Assembly: GCA_048939765.1 (NCBI GenBank) | Contig: JBHLPF010000024.1 | Span: forward strand, 13,776 to 57,345 | Reading direction: 5' to 3' | Length of the DNA: 43,570 bases | DNA from: Promethearchaeota archaeon | Lineage (GTDB): Archaea > Asgardarchaeota > Thorarchaeia > Thorarchaeales > Thorarchaeaceae | In this document: positions 34,552-43,570 of the stretch, piece by piece | Layout of the letters: every line of letters begins with the position of its first letter | How positions within the stretch are numbered: position 1 is the stretch's first letter | Position numbers and translations under genes: made by a program | Notes under the pieces: model-generated | Databases searched by the model: none | What the model was told of the DNA's origin: nothing | The model's input: the letters and a program-made list of their open reading frames with translations, nothing else

Positions 34552-35364
34552 TCAGATTCCGCCGAACCATACTTTCTTCTGCACTGCCATATGAAGATTC
34601 TCAGCCGTGGCTTTGTCTAACCCTGTCGTGAGGGCGAGCTGCTCAGCGCTGGTTGCTACTATATCAGTCACACTAGCATAGCCGGCATTGAATATCGCGG
34701 TAATGGTAGGATCGGGGATTCCCAGCTCCATGAGAAGGCTACGAAGTTCCACCTTACTGGTTTCATCTGCAGTGGGGGGTTTCACTCCAGGCATATCTTG
34801 CTCCAGTGGATCCTCCGTGACAGGTGCGGCTGGAGCTCCGGGAGGACCGCCGGGTGCAGGTTCAGCGAGAGGCTTGGAAGGCTTCTTGACTGGGGCACCT
34901 CCATGCTCCGCAATAAATGAAGGTCGCAGCATCACGAGGCCGGTAATCACCATTGCAATTAGCAGCGGAACCATGAAGATGTTACTTATGTCTATTCCAA
35001 TCAATTCGCCGCCTGGACCAGGTGCCAGTAATCCATTCTCGATTCCATTGAAAATGATATCAGTCCAAGAGTCTCCAGACAAATCAGTCGCAAGGAAAAG
35101 CCAGAAGGGAGAGAAGAGGGCAAATCCTCCGGCCTCGAAAATGATGAATTCGCGGAACATTCCCCTTCGGTTAGCATATACGATAATGACTGGAAAAACC
35201 GCAATGCAGAGAGAGATGAAGAACCAGAGTATATACAATAACCAAATGGATTCTAGGACTTGTGGGTCAGTCACTCCCTGGCCCGCGATTTTAGGGAATA
35301 TACTGCCAATGAATATTACTCCCGGAAGAAGTGCGCCGATTAAGATACCTAGGCCATATCGCAT
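34552..35364 (-). CDS. Membrane protein (about 4 TM) with a Pro-rich linker and a C-terminal helix-hairpin-helix domain
   Basis: Hydrophobic N-terminal half; GIPDPTITAIFNAGYASVTDIVATSAEQLALTTGLDKATAENL is HhH-like; GAGGTGA ribosome-binding site. Confidence 0.75.
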   Translation of the reverse strand: MRYGLGILIGALLPGVIFIGSIFPKIAGQGVTDPQVLESIWLLYILWFFISLCIAVFPVIIVYANRRGMFREFIIFEAGGFALFSPFWLFLATDLSGDSWTDIIFNGIENGLLAPGPGGELIGIDISNIFMVPLLIAMVITGLVMLRPSFIAEHGGAPVKKPSKPLAEPAPGGPPGAPAAPVTEDPLEQDMPGVKPPTADETSKVELRSLLMELGIPDPTITAIFNAGYASVTDIVATSAEQLALTTGLDKATAENLHMAVQKKVWFGGI

Positions 35365-35512
35365 GCTCCAAACTCACCTCAGAGACGCTGGAACGAATGA
35401 GAATAATGCCCACGTTCTTTTAGGTGTTTTCAGAATGTATGTCCTTGAGTAAATGGTTATAGAGCATCATCCTTATGAGCCTCAAACAATGGTATTTGGC
35501 TGGATGATATGA

Positions 35513-36598
35513 TTGAAACCCTTCATCATGGTTGGGACACGACCAGAGATTGTAAAGATGGCCCCTATCATCTATGAATGTGAGAAGAGAGGCATCGACT
35601 ACTATTTCCTCCATACCGGGCAGCACTACTCAGATTTCATGAGTAGCTCGATTTTCGAAGACATGGGATTGCGAACGCCAGACAAGAATCTGAGTGTTGG
35701 ATCCGGAACGCAGTCCGAGCAAACTGCTAATGCTCTGGTAGGTGTAGAGAAGGAACTCATAAGAGAAAGTCCCGATGTAGTCTTGGTTCAGGGTGACACT
35801 AACGCAGTTCTCTCAGCAGCTCTCGCGACTGCAAAGCTTCACATACCATTAGCTCACATCGAAGCCGGGCTCAGAAGCTATGACCAGCGAATGCCTGAGG
35901 AGTACAACAGACGCCTAACTGACCATGCATCTGACTTTCTGTTTGCACCCACAGAGAATTCTGCTGAGATACTCAGAAAGGAGAATGTATGGGGCAAGAT
36001 CTTTGTTACCGGAAACACCGTGATTGATGCAGTCGAGGATCGGCTCCCAATAGCTCTACAGCGAATGGACCAGGCCATTGGCGCTGGATATGACTCCTTC
36101 GCACTACTTACACTCCATCGAGCAGAAAACGTAGACGATGAGGCAGTACTAAAAGGACTGGTGGAGGGACTTATCGAACTTGAAATCGCGATAGTGTTCC
36201 CTGCGCATCCAAGAACAATTAAACAACTATCCAAGTTTGGCCTCATGTCCAGAATCAAAGACGCCGACTGGATTCGTGTGATAGAACCCGTCGCATATCT
36301 AGACTTTCTTTCACTCATGAAGAATTGCTCCTTCATTTTGACTGACTCTGGAGGAATCCAGGAAGAGGCAACAGCACCCTCAATCAACAAGAGAGTCTTT
36401 GTTCTAAGGACCTCGACAGAGAGACCCGAAGCGGTGATATCAGGCCATGCCGAAGTCGTAGGTGTGAATCCCCAAGAGTTCCCCAGGTTAATCGGTCGAA
36501 GTATTCAAGATGGGTTGGATAAGGACAGACAATGCCCATATGGACAGGGCGATGCCTCAAGAAAGATCATAGACATCCTTGGCAAGGAGCTTGAGTAG
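35513..36598 (+). CDS. wecB: UDP-N-acetylglucosamine 2-epimerase (non-hydrolysing)
   Basis: GTRPEIVKMAP, HTGQHY, VQGDT, HIEAGLRS, MPEEYNR, TLHRAEN, TDSGGIQEEA, TERPE. Confidence 0.96.
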   Translation: MKPFIMVGTRPEIVKMAPIIYECEKRGIDYYFLHTGQHYSDFMSSSIFEDMGLRTPDKNLSVGSGTQSEQTANALVGVEKELIRESPDVVLVQGDTNAVLSAALATAKLHIPLAHIEAGLRSYDQRMPEEYNRRLTDHASDFLFAPTENSAEILRKENVWGKIFVTGNTVIDAVEDRLPIALQRMDQAIGAGYDSFALLTLHRAENVDDEAVLKGLVEGLIELEIAIVFPAHPRTIKQLSKFGLMSRIKDADWIRVIEPVAYLDFLSLMKNCSFILTDSGGIQEEATAPSINKRVFVLRTSTERPEAVISGHAEVVGVNPQEFPRLIGRSIQDGLDKDRQCPYGQGDASRKIIDILGKELE

Positions 36599-36673
36599 CT
36601 AGAACAGGTATGTTCCGTCATTCTTATCTTCAAACAGAGGAACGGAAGCCGGACATCGTAGGAGAGAAATGGA

Positions 36674-37453
36674 TTGCACAGAGTCTGCCTAACAAATGAT
36701 GATGGCCCATTAAGTAGTGGTCTGCTGGAGCTTGCTGAAACTCTGGCTTCACATGTCGACATCGCTATCGTAGTCCCAGATGGCGAACGCAGTGCCTCTG
36801 GCAAGGCGCTGACTCTGAATAGGCCTCTACGCATTAAGAAAGTGAAGAGTGCTAATGGGTTTGAAATGATCATCCACGATGGTTCACCAGCAGACTCCGT
36901 TGTGGTTGCTAGTTGTCTTATCAACGACATTGACCTCTTTGTGTCTGGTATAAATGCGGGAGGCAACCTGGGCTATCAAAGCATGTACACAAGTGGAACC
37001 GTAGGCGCTGCGATAGAGGCAGCTCTGATGGGATTTCCAGCTATTGCGGCATCACTTGTTGTTGAGCCCAATGAATGGTTCAACAATGCTGACAAGGAAA
37101 GGGACTATGCCATAATCTGTGATGTGATTCGTGATATTGCTCTGAAGGTGCTGAACAAGGGGCTTCCAGAAGGAATCGATGCCATCAACCTCAATTTTCC
37201 TTCGAACCTATCAGAAGAGAGCAAGGTCGTTGTCGTTAAGCCTGCAAGAGTCCGCATAGGCAATGAATTGGATGAGAGAATTGATCCCAATCAGAGCCCG
37301 TACTATTGGCTGAAAGGTGTCCATCATGATCCTACAAAAGGGTCAGATGCAGATATTGTGTTGAACAGCGGTGGTATCTCACTATCACCTATAATCATTG
37401 AAGCGGCTACCGAGAAGCATATCAATTCGCTCAAAGATTTCATGTCTGATTGA
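36674..37453 (+). CDS. surE: 5'/3'-nucleotidase SurE
   Basis: LTNDDG, GSPADSV, VSGINAGGNLG, SGTVGAAIEA, NLNFP, YYWL. Confidence 0.95.
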   Translation: MHRVCLTNDDGPLSSGLLELAETLASHVDIAIVVPDGERSASGKALTLNRPLRIKKVKSANGFEMIIHDGSPADSVVVASCLINDIDLFVSGINAGGNLGYQSMYTSGTVGAAIEAALMGFPAIAASLVVEPNEWFNNADKERDYAIICDVIRDIALKVLNKGLPEGIDAINLNFPSNLSEESKVVVVKPARVRIGNELDERIDPNQSPYYWLKGVHHDPTKGSDADIVLNSGGISLSPIIIEAATEKHINSLKDFMSD

Positions 37454-38450
37454 GTTTCTTGAGAGCCTGCCAAATAGCATCATTCTTCGGGTGATGCATT
37501 TGAATAGGCTCCCCGTTTCTAGAACCCATTCTCATTGAAGCATCTGAGGAAACAGTTCCTAGGACAGTTGCCTGTAACCCCTTGGCCTCCAAAGCTGCAA
37601 TCACTGATTCAGCACCTTCAGACGCACAGGTCATCAACATGCTGCCACTACTAATCAGTTCAAGCACATTCACGGATAGAAAGTCGCAGATGGACTTCGT
37701 GGCATCATGTAGTGGGATAGAATCCAAGTCGATCTCAAATCCAACTTTACTTGCATCACATATTTCATGCAATCCCCCTATGAGACCTCCCTCCGTTGGG
37801 TCATGCATTGCTGTGATTTGCCCCGTTTCAAATGCAACAATTCCATCCTCTACAACACTAATCTGGGCACGCAGACTCAAAGCGTCATTGACTGTCTTTT
37901 CGCCTAGCGTCTTGAAGAGATAAGGTGCTCCTTCGGCGGCAAGGATTGCTGTACCTTCGATTGCAGCCGTCTTTGTCATTATTATGGCATCGCCGGGTCT
38001 CGCGCCTGCAGACGTCACGTATCGATTCTCAGTTGTCACTCCGATCATAAAACCAGCAATGATTGGCCTGCCAATTCCCTCAGTTATTTCGGTATGGCCA
38101 CCAGCCACAGTAATGTCAAGTGATAAGGCAGCCTCATTAATCTGAGTCGTTATGCGCTCCAAATCAACCTCCTGGAATTCATTTGGAAGCAAAATGGAGG
38201 CCAAGAACCAACGTGGCCGAACACCGAATGTTGCAATATCATTTGCATTGATGTGAACCGCAAGCCATCCTATGTCTTCCACCGATCCTGTGATTGGGTC
38301 AGTCGATGCGACAATGACTGAATTGCCTATACGGATCAATGAGGCATCCTCGCCGACGGCAGGACCAAGGAGGAGGTCCTTGTCCTTCTTGCCAAGATGA
38401 GAAAAGACAATCCGACTCAATACTTCCGGCGGAATCTTCCCTGGTATCAA
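37440..38450 (-). CDS. AIR synthase (PurM-like/HypE-like) family protein
   Basis: GKIP, GPAVGEDAS, STDPITG, NANDIA, GGHTE, MHDPTEGG, LISSG; TTG start at 38450. Confidence 0.9.
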   Translation of the reverse strand: MIPGKIPPEVLSRIVFSHLGKKDKDLLLGPAVGEDASLIRIGNSVIVASTDPITGSVEDIGWLAVHINANDIATFGVRPRWFLASILLPNEFQEVDLERITTQINEAALSLDITVAGGHTEITEGIGRPIIAGFMIGVTTENRYVTSAGARPGDAIIMTKTAAIEGTAILAAEGAPYLFKTLGEKTVNDALSLRAQISVVEDGIVAFETGQITAMHDPTEGGLIGGLHEICDASKVGFEIDLDSIPLHDATKSICDFLSVNVLELISSGSMLMTCASEGAESVIAALEAKGLQATVLGTVSSDASMRMGSRNGEPIQMHHPKNDAIWQALKKLNQT

Positions 38451-38983
38451 TATGAAATACTCCTCTGCAATCAAGGTGCGCATCAGTCTTGTGCCTATTG
38501 CATGAAAAGGAAATTCATCGAAACCCCATTCGGGGTTCTCCTAACTCACTATGACAACAGACCTTTCTCAGACTAGATGCGCAACACAGGAAGAGAGCAG
38601 TAATGGTATAAACTAATCGAGAGATACTAGTCTGGAAGTCAAGCCTCCACTGGTTGGAGATCCTCTGACCTCATACGCGATCTGGTTGTGCTTCCATGCA
38701 GAAAGTCCCCAATAACAAACCGCTTTCGCAGAGTTTCTTCATAGAGAAATACCCTGCCACCTCCCGCACGAGCCATCAAGAATGCACCAAATACCTTTCT
38801 GACCTCTGGGCCTTCAAGAACCGTTTCTAGGGAATCTAAAAGCTAGCTTGAGCTTCTCAAGCCCTAGAATTGATGGAAATGGCAACACGGATCTTCTCAA
38901 TGGTCCCAAGTTCACTTCATCCCACACAGGAAAAGTAACACACTCAAATAAGGGTGCGCGTCTATGTAAGTGTGGGAGTAATT

Positions 38984-40174
38984 ATGATATCTCATCTACT
39001 TCATCTAGAATGTCCACAATGCGGCAGAAGTCACTCTGCTGAAACCCAGACTACTTTCTGTGTTTGCGGCTCCCCCCTCTTTGCAGTCTATGACATGTTT
39101 AGTGTGATAGAGGATATTCAGAGGGAACAGTTTCCGACCAAAGTCAACTCAATGTGGAGATATTCACAATTGCTTCCAGTAAAGTCACCTTCCTTCATCT
39201 ACAGCTTGGGAGAGGGATGGACTCCACTAATCAACACAAGACGACTCGGGAAGCATCTTGGTCTGAGATTCCTCAGTGTCAAGGATGAGGCTCAGAATCC
39301 CACGGGTTCTTTCAAAGACCGTGGACTCTGTGTTGCCGTGTCGAAACATCTCGAACTGGGTTCTACATCATTCGCGTTGCCTTCTGCAGGAAACGCCGCA
39401 GTTTCAACTGCCGCATATAGTGCGGCTGGAGGCGCGGAGTGTCATATCTTCATGCCAGCAGATACACCTGAACCATTCTTTCTCGACTGCGTTGCCTATG
39501 GAGCTGAAACCGTTCGAGTCGAAGGAAACATCTCTGATTGCGGGAAGGCCATGAAGAATGCGGAGGGGGATTGGACAGACCTCTCAACGACAAAGGAACC
39601 ATATAGGGTAGAGGGCAAGAAGACCCTAGCTTTTGAAATCGCAGAACAGATGGGATGGAGAGTTCCCGATGCGATTATTTGCCCTACTGGCGGAGGTACC
39701 GCTCTGATCGGAATCTGGAAGGGCCTTGATGAGCTTGAGGCATTGGGTCTCATCGATAGCAAAAGACCTAGAATGTATGCTGCGCAGAGTGCAGGCTGCG
39801 CTCCTATTGTGAGGGCAATCGAACATGGGAACGAAGCTTTACAACCATGGCAGAATAGCGATACAAAGGCACTCGGATTGAGGGTTCCAAGTCCATTTGC
39901 TGGAAGGCTGATTCTGGCAGCTATTCGTCAATCAGGGGGAGGCGCTGTTGCTGCGGCAGAACAAGAGATAGAGCCCTGCCATAGGATGGCGGCAAGAATG
40001 GAGGGAATGGACTTCTGTCCAGAAGCAGCTGTCGGACTGGCAGGAATTCGGAATCTGGTGGAGATGGGGGAGATAGATTTTGATGAAGAAGTACTGCTTC
40101 TAAACACAGGCTCAGGAGCTAGGTACTATTATGGTAGCCAACGCGAGGTTGACACCGAATCCTCAGGAGATTAG
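38984..40174 (+). CDS. thrC: Threonine synthase (PLP fold type II)
   Basis: N-terminal CPQC..CVC, SMWRY, LGEGWTPL, KDEAQNPTGSFKDRG, SAGNAA, EGKKT, PTGGG. Confidence 0.9.
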   Translation: MISHLLHLECPQCGRSHSAETQTTFCVCGSPLFAVYDMFSVIEDIQREQFPTKVNSMWRYSQLLPVKSPSFIYSLGEGWTPLINTRRLGKHLGLRFLSVKDEAQNPTGSFKDRGLCVAVSKHLELGSTSFALPSAGNAAVSTAAYSAAGGAECHIFMPADTPEPFFLDCVAYGAETVRVEGNISDCGKAMKNAEGDWTDLSTTKEPYRVEGKKTLAFEIAEQMGWRVPDAIICPTGGGTALIGIWKGLDELEALGLIDSKRPRMYAAQSAGCAPIVRAIEHGNEALQPWQNSDTKALGLRVPSPFAGRLILAAIRQSGGGAVAAAEQEIEPCHRMAARMEGMDFCPEAAVGLAGIRNLVEMGEIDFDEEVLLLNTGSGARYYYGSQREVDTESSGD

Positions 40175-40270
40175 CCATAGCGTTAATAGGATGGTATTTG
40201 TGTGAAGAATCCAAGTCTCCAGTGAGAGAGGAGCAATATAACGATAGACATCAGCTCCGGAGGAAATCCA

Positions 40271-41434
40271 TTGAGTGACTCAGCATACACCTATTCAGAT
40301 GATGAAACTCATTTTCGCGGAGTCAGGGATTCACTGCATGCAGGCAAATTCGAAATCGGGATTGCAATTCTGATTGTTGTTGCATTCTTCTGGGCTGAAT
40401 ACATAAACGCAGATCCATTGTTCATCGTTCTTCTAGGAATCATTGGCGGGATATGGCTTGCATTCCGACCTTCAGAATGGGCGGTAGAAGGCGTCGAGAG
40501 CATTTCTGGCCACTTGGGATATAGTACATATGTTGCGGGCCTTTTGTCAAGTCTTGCCAGCAATATGCCAGAGGCTGTTGTCAGCGGGATGACTGCTCTG
40601 GATGGCTTTCTTCAGAATAGGCCTGAACTTCTGACGATTGCTATACTCTCAGTTCTAATAGCAGGTGGTTTCAATATGTTATTGCTTGGGATTACTATTG
40701 TAATCTCAACTCGAAAGAAGGATGATATGGCTGTACCTGAGGAGGCTATCAGGAAGGACTCTGTTCTCATTCGTTGGACTATTGTTGCACTTACCAGCAT
40801 GTTTGCGCTGGGAATTGTTGACATGACATTCATAGGAGGCACTGAAGATTTCCTCTTTCCGTGGGAGGCTTCTCTCATTCTTTTCCTCTCCTATGTCCTC
40901 TATTCTTTTGATTTAATGCGCGGAGAAGAGGTTCAGAATGCAGATGCTGAAACGCCAGAACATTCAATGAAATCGGCATCAATCCTAGGCGTGATGGGAT
41001 TCATAGGAATTTTCTTTGCAGGTGAACTACTCACTTCATCGGTCGATGTCCTGCTTACAACATATGATGCTCAAATCGGTGCTGTGGTTAATCCAATAGC
41101 AGTAGCCGCCCTTATCCTTGGTGCCGCAGGCGCGATTCCAGAACACGGAATAGCAATCGTTGCTGCCATGAAAGGGAAGGTTGACATCGCAGTTGGGAAC
41201 TTGATTGGGGGAGTTCTTCAGATTCTGCTTCTCGTCATGGGGGGGATTGGAATTTTCGTGCCAATACCAATGAATCGCTATGTTCTATTTCAGATAGTCG
41301 TGATTGCTGGCAGCCTATGGTTCCTCAAGCAGGCGATAACTGATGATCATAAGCTAGATACGTTCGAGGGTATGATGATAATATTGCTCCAAGCGTATGT
41401 ATTTGCGCTCCTGATTTGGGGTACGCCTATATGA
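40271..41434 (+). CDS. Na+/Ca2+ or Ca2+/H+ exchanger family (CaCA) membrane protein
   Basis: About 11 TM segments with two alpha repeats, SNMPE..FN and GAIPEH..GNLIG. Confidence 0.85.
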   Translation: MSDSAYTYSDDETHFRGVRDSLHAGKFEIGIAILIVVAFFWAEYINADPLFIVLLGIIGGIWLAFRPSEWAVEGVESISGHLGYSTYVAGLLSSLASNMPEAVVSGMTALDGFLQNRPELLTIAILSVLIAGGFNMLLLGITIVISTRKKDDMAVPEEAIRKDSVLIRWTIVALTSMFALGIVDMTFIGGTEDFLFPWEASLILFLSYVLYSFDLMRGEEVQNADAETPEHSMKSASILGVMGFIGIFFAGELLTSSVDVLLTTYDAQIGAVVNPIAVAALILGAAGAIPEHGIAIVAAMKGKVDIAVGNLIGGVLQILLLVMGGIGIFVPIPMNRYVLFQIVVIAGSLWFLKQAITDDHKLDTFEGMMIILLQAYVFALLIWGTPI

Positions 41435-42059
41435 CATGAGGAAGAATTGACCTCAGGTCGTTCTCTTTTATTGTCAGCATAGCAGATTTGGCAACCTCCT
41501 TATCCTCAGGCTTGAAGGCAATTGAGAGGCCTACGACGCCGAAAACAGAGATGTCATTTCTACCATCGCCCACATATGCAGTTTCAGAGAGCGGGACTTT
41601 GAAATGATTGCTGATGTGCTTCAGTTCTTGCACCTTCTCGCCCCAGCCAACGCATACCTCGACCTCTCCAGTTAACACTCCATTCCTGTGGATCAGCCGA
41701 TTGCTAAGGACGTACTCGATGCCTAGGCGTCTAGCGATGTTCTCAGCAAGAATATCCAATCCTCCTGAGAGAATGGCAACATAGATTCCACGCTCTTTAA
41801 GACTAGCAACTGTTTCAGCAGCCCCCGGAACCAATTCTGTCGCCTCTACGAGCTTCATCACTTCTTCAAGCGACTGTCCCTTCCAGAGACCGGCATCCAG
41901 GTCAGCCCATTTATTGTATGAGATCTGACCAGAGAAGTATTGGTCGTAGAACAATTTGCCCTCTTTCTCTGTTTTGAAATGCTCATGAAGTCGCCACCAT
42001 ATAGATGTGTGAAGTGTCAGTGTGCCATCGACATCAAAGACAACGAGCTTTACAACCAT
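41427..42059 (-). CDS. HAD-IB phosphatase (phosphoserine phosphatase SerB-like)
   Basis: VFDVDGTL, ILSGG, K, YVGDGRND, IAF.P; ATG at 42059. Confidence 0.88.
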   Translation of the reverse strand: MVVKLVVFDVDGTLTLHTSIWWRLHEHFKTEKEGKLFYDQYFSGQISYNKWADLDAGLWKGQSLEEVMKLVEATELVPGAAETVASLKERGIYVAILSGGLDILAENIARRLGIEYVLSNRLIHRNGVLTGEVEVCVGWGEKVQELKHISNHFKVPLSETAYVGDGRNDISVFGVVGLSIAFKPEDKEVAKSAMLTIKENDLRSILPHVI

Positions 42060-42093
42060 CAATAGAAATCTCCGGTGTGAAAAATGATTAGCC

Positions 42094-42762
42094 TCAGCGC
42101 TGAGCCTCACGCTCTCGTTCTTCTTGAGCCTCCTTCTCGAGGTCAGCAAGAAGCTCATCTATGCGTTTTTCTTCCGACTTGACCTGTTCTGCAGGCTTTG
42201 TTGTTGCTGAGGCAGCAGGTGTCTGCAGCGATGGAAGAACTCCTTCCTTCTCAAGAAGGACCTCTGCCTCCATGGCCTCCAACTGGCGTTCAATCCGCTC
42301 ATCAGACTCTACTGTGGATTCAGCTGTTGAGAGATCCTCCGAAAGCAGCTCTCCTGCAATAGTGATGTGTTCAAACGACTCAGAGAGCTTATCCAGCTGC
42401 AGTTGTATCTCTGTTGGGCTCAACATTGCACGGGCATCTGTGAGGGCATCGTTTGCAACGGTGAAAGCCCTCAATACTTCAGCTTGATCCTTTGCTTCTT
42501 CTATGTTAAGGACGGCGGTTTCTAGCGTCAAGTACTGCTGTTGGTATCTTCCACGTCTGCTCTCCAATTCAACAACGATTGAGAGATGTGAACGAGCAGT
42601 GTCCCGATCTCCTTGCGACATGGCCTCCTTGGCCTTCTTCTGCTCCTCTGCTCTTCTTGTATCAAGTCTTCTAATTCGCAGAGTCAAAGCATTCATAGTG
42701 CCTTTGATTTCGAGCATGCCTCTTTCGGCATCTACTTTTTTCTTTCCGCTCAGAAAGCCCAT
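42094..42762 (-). CDS. Snf7-family ESCRT-III protein
   Basis: Starts MGFLSGKKK. Basic helical hairpin RAEEQKKAKEAMSQGDRDTARSHL, then LETAVLNIEEA..VLRAF..ANDAL, and an acidic C-terminus with IERQLEAMEAE and IDELLADLE. Confidence 0.8.
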   Translation of the reverse strand: MGFLSGKKKVDAERGMLEIKGTMNALTLRIRRLDTRRAEEQKKAKEAMSQGDRDTARSHLSIVVELESRRGRYQQQYLTLETAVLNIEEAKDQAEVLRAFTVANDALTDARAMLSPTEIQLQLDKLSESFEHITIAGELLSEDLSTAESTVESDERIERQLEAMEAEVLLEKEGVLPSLQTPAASATTKPAEQVKSEEKRIDELLADLEKEAQEEREREAQR

Positions 42763-42916
42763 GACGTCCACCGAGGATAGGCCTTGTTGTGTTGTGATGT
42801 CATCACTTTGACCATTTAAACGATTGGAATACAGTCCCTGACACCCAAGATGCATGAATCTCATGGACAATAGGGTTTTTGAGCAGTCTACCTGGAATGG
42901 AGATGGGGCTCAAATA

Positions 42917-43570
42917 GTGACGCTGACACGAAACCTTGTCAAGGCTGTTGACGCTGCAAAAGAGACGGTACTGAATAATCTGACAGAATCAGCCACGCTG
43001 ACTGGTGAAACCAATCAGTATGGAGACAAGACGCTGCTTCTAGATTTGAAGGCTGAAAATGCAATCATCGACGTCATCGGGCAATTGGATACTCCAATGA
43101 TGATTCTTAGTGAAGAGCGAGGCCTCATTATCCCCGAAGGTAGACCAGAATACATGGCAGTCATTGATCCAATAGATGGTTCAGCTAATATCAAGAGAGG
43201 AATCCCACTTTGCTCCATTGGTATATCTGCAGTTCGATATTCGGAGAAGATGACAACTGATGATGCTGAGATAAGCATCATAGAGTCCGTCTTCTCAGAT
43301 GAAACCTATATTGCTGAGAAAGAGCTAGGAGTCAGAAGAAATGGAAGAACCGTGAGAGTAGCAGATCCAACCCCATTGCAACAGAACATCATCTCCTATG
43401 ATACGAAGAAATCGGGCGATGAGTCATTTCTGACGAGTTCCATGAGGGTGATACGGGGAGTCCATGACATACGACGTTCTGCGAGCAATCTGTTAGATCT
43501 GTGTTGGGTGGCATCAGGCGCCCTCAATGCGATGGTGGATATGAGGGGTATGCTCCCAATTGTCCACGTG
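42917..43570 (+). CDS. Inositol monophosphatase/FBPase family protein; runs off the window edge
   Basis: Absent from the ORF track. Manual translation gives NQYGDKTLLLDLKAENAII, ILSEERG, VIDPIDGSAN, DLCWVASGAL. Start is GTG 42917, or in-frame ATG 42863 or 42854. Confidence 0.9.
   Translation, partial: MTLTRNLVKAVDAAKETVLNNLTESATLTGETNQYGDKTLLLDLKAENAIIDVIGQLDTPMMILSEERGLIIPEGRPEYMAVIDPIDGSANIKRGIPLCSIGISAVRYSEKMTTDDAEISIIESVFSDETYIAEKELGVRRNGRTVRVADPTPLQQNIISYDTKKSGDESFLTSSMRVIRGVHDIRRSASNLLDLCWVASGALNAMVDMRGMLPIVHV

Noticed and set aside
34688-35452. 254-aa plus-strand ORF
   Set aside because: It is an antisense shadow of the membrane/HhH gene, which has the ribosome-binding site and a coherent domain structure.
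37440-38450. SelD, ThiL or true HypE assignment, or Sec recoding
   Set aside because: There is no N-terminal Cys/Sec-x-x-Lys, no C-terminal PRIC and no in-frame TGA. Only a family-level call is supported.
38695-38715. gaaagtcc resembling RNase P RNA CR-I
   Set aside because: It lacks the GAG prefix and there is no matching CR-V downstream.

Overview
An archaeal chromosomal window with about 40 protein genes. It is most likely from an Asgard archaeon (Thorarchaeia-like). That is an inference from eS25, a Snf7/ESCRT-III gene, longin-like and PH-like domains, and archaeal TATA and GGAGG/GGTGA ribosome-binding signals. Most genes are housekeeping or amino-acid/nucleotide metabolism: GlmU-like, AlaX, ArgE/DapE, CutA, MBL hydrolase, AOR with a 4Fe-4S partner, IlvE, GltB-like, GdhA, Dcd, Prs-like, Udp, WecB, SurE, AIR-synthase family, ThrC, a Ca/cation exchanger, SerB-like and IMPase. 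I found no tRNA, rRNA, CRISPR array or transposase. Main candidates for new biology: (1) two coupled paralogues, each fusing a DapA-family pyruvate aldolase to a formaldehyde-activating enzyme (Fae) domain, with complementary decay of the two Fae domains, suggesting a heteromeric formaldehyde-channelling aldolase; (2) a 1276-aa helical-repeat protein ending in a carbon-nitrogen hydrolase domain, beside two tiny ORFs and a structured non-coding stretch; (3) a coupled pair of giant unknown helical proteins, one longin-like at the N-terminus and one with a zinc knuckle; (4) scattered membrane-remodelling candidates (orphan Snf7, a CdvA-like internal repeat, a tandem PH plus Zn-ribbon protein); (5) an eS25 with an apparent non-NTG start and a long Lys/Glu repeat tail. 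All family assignments come from reading motifs by eye; no database search was run.
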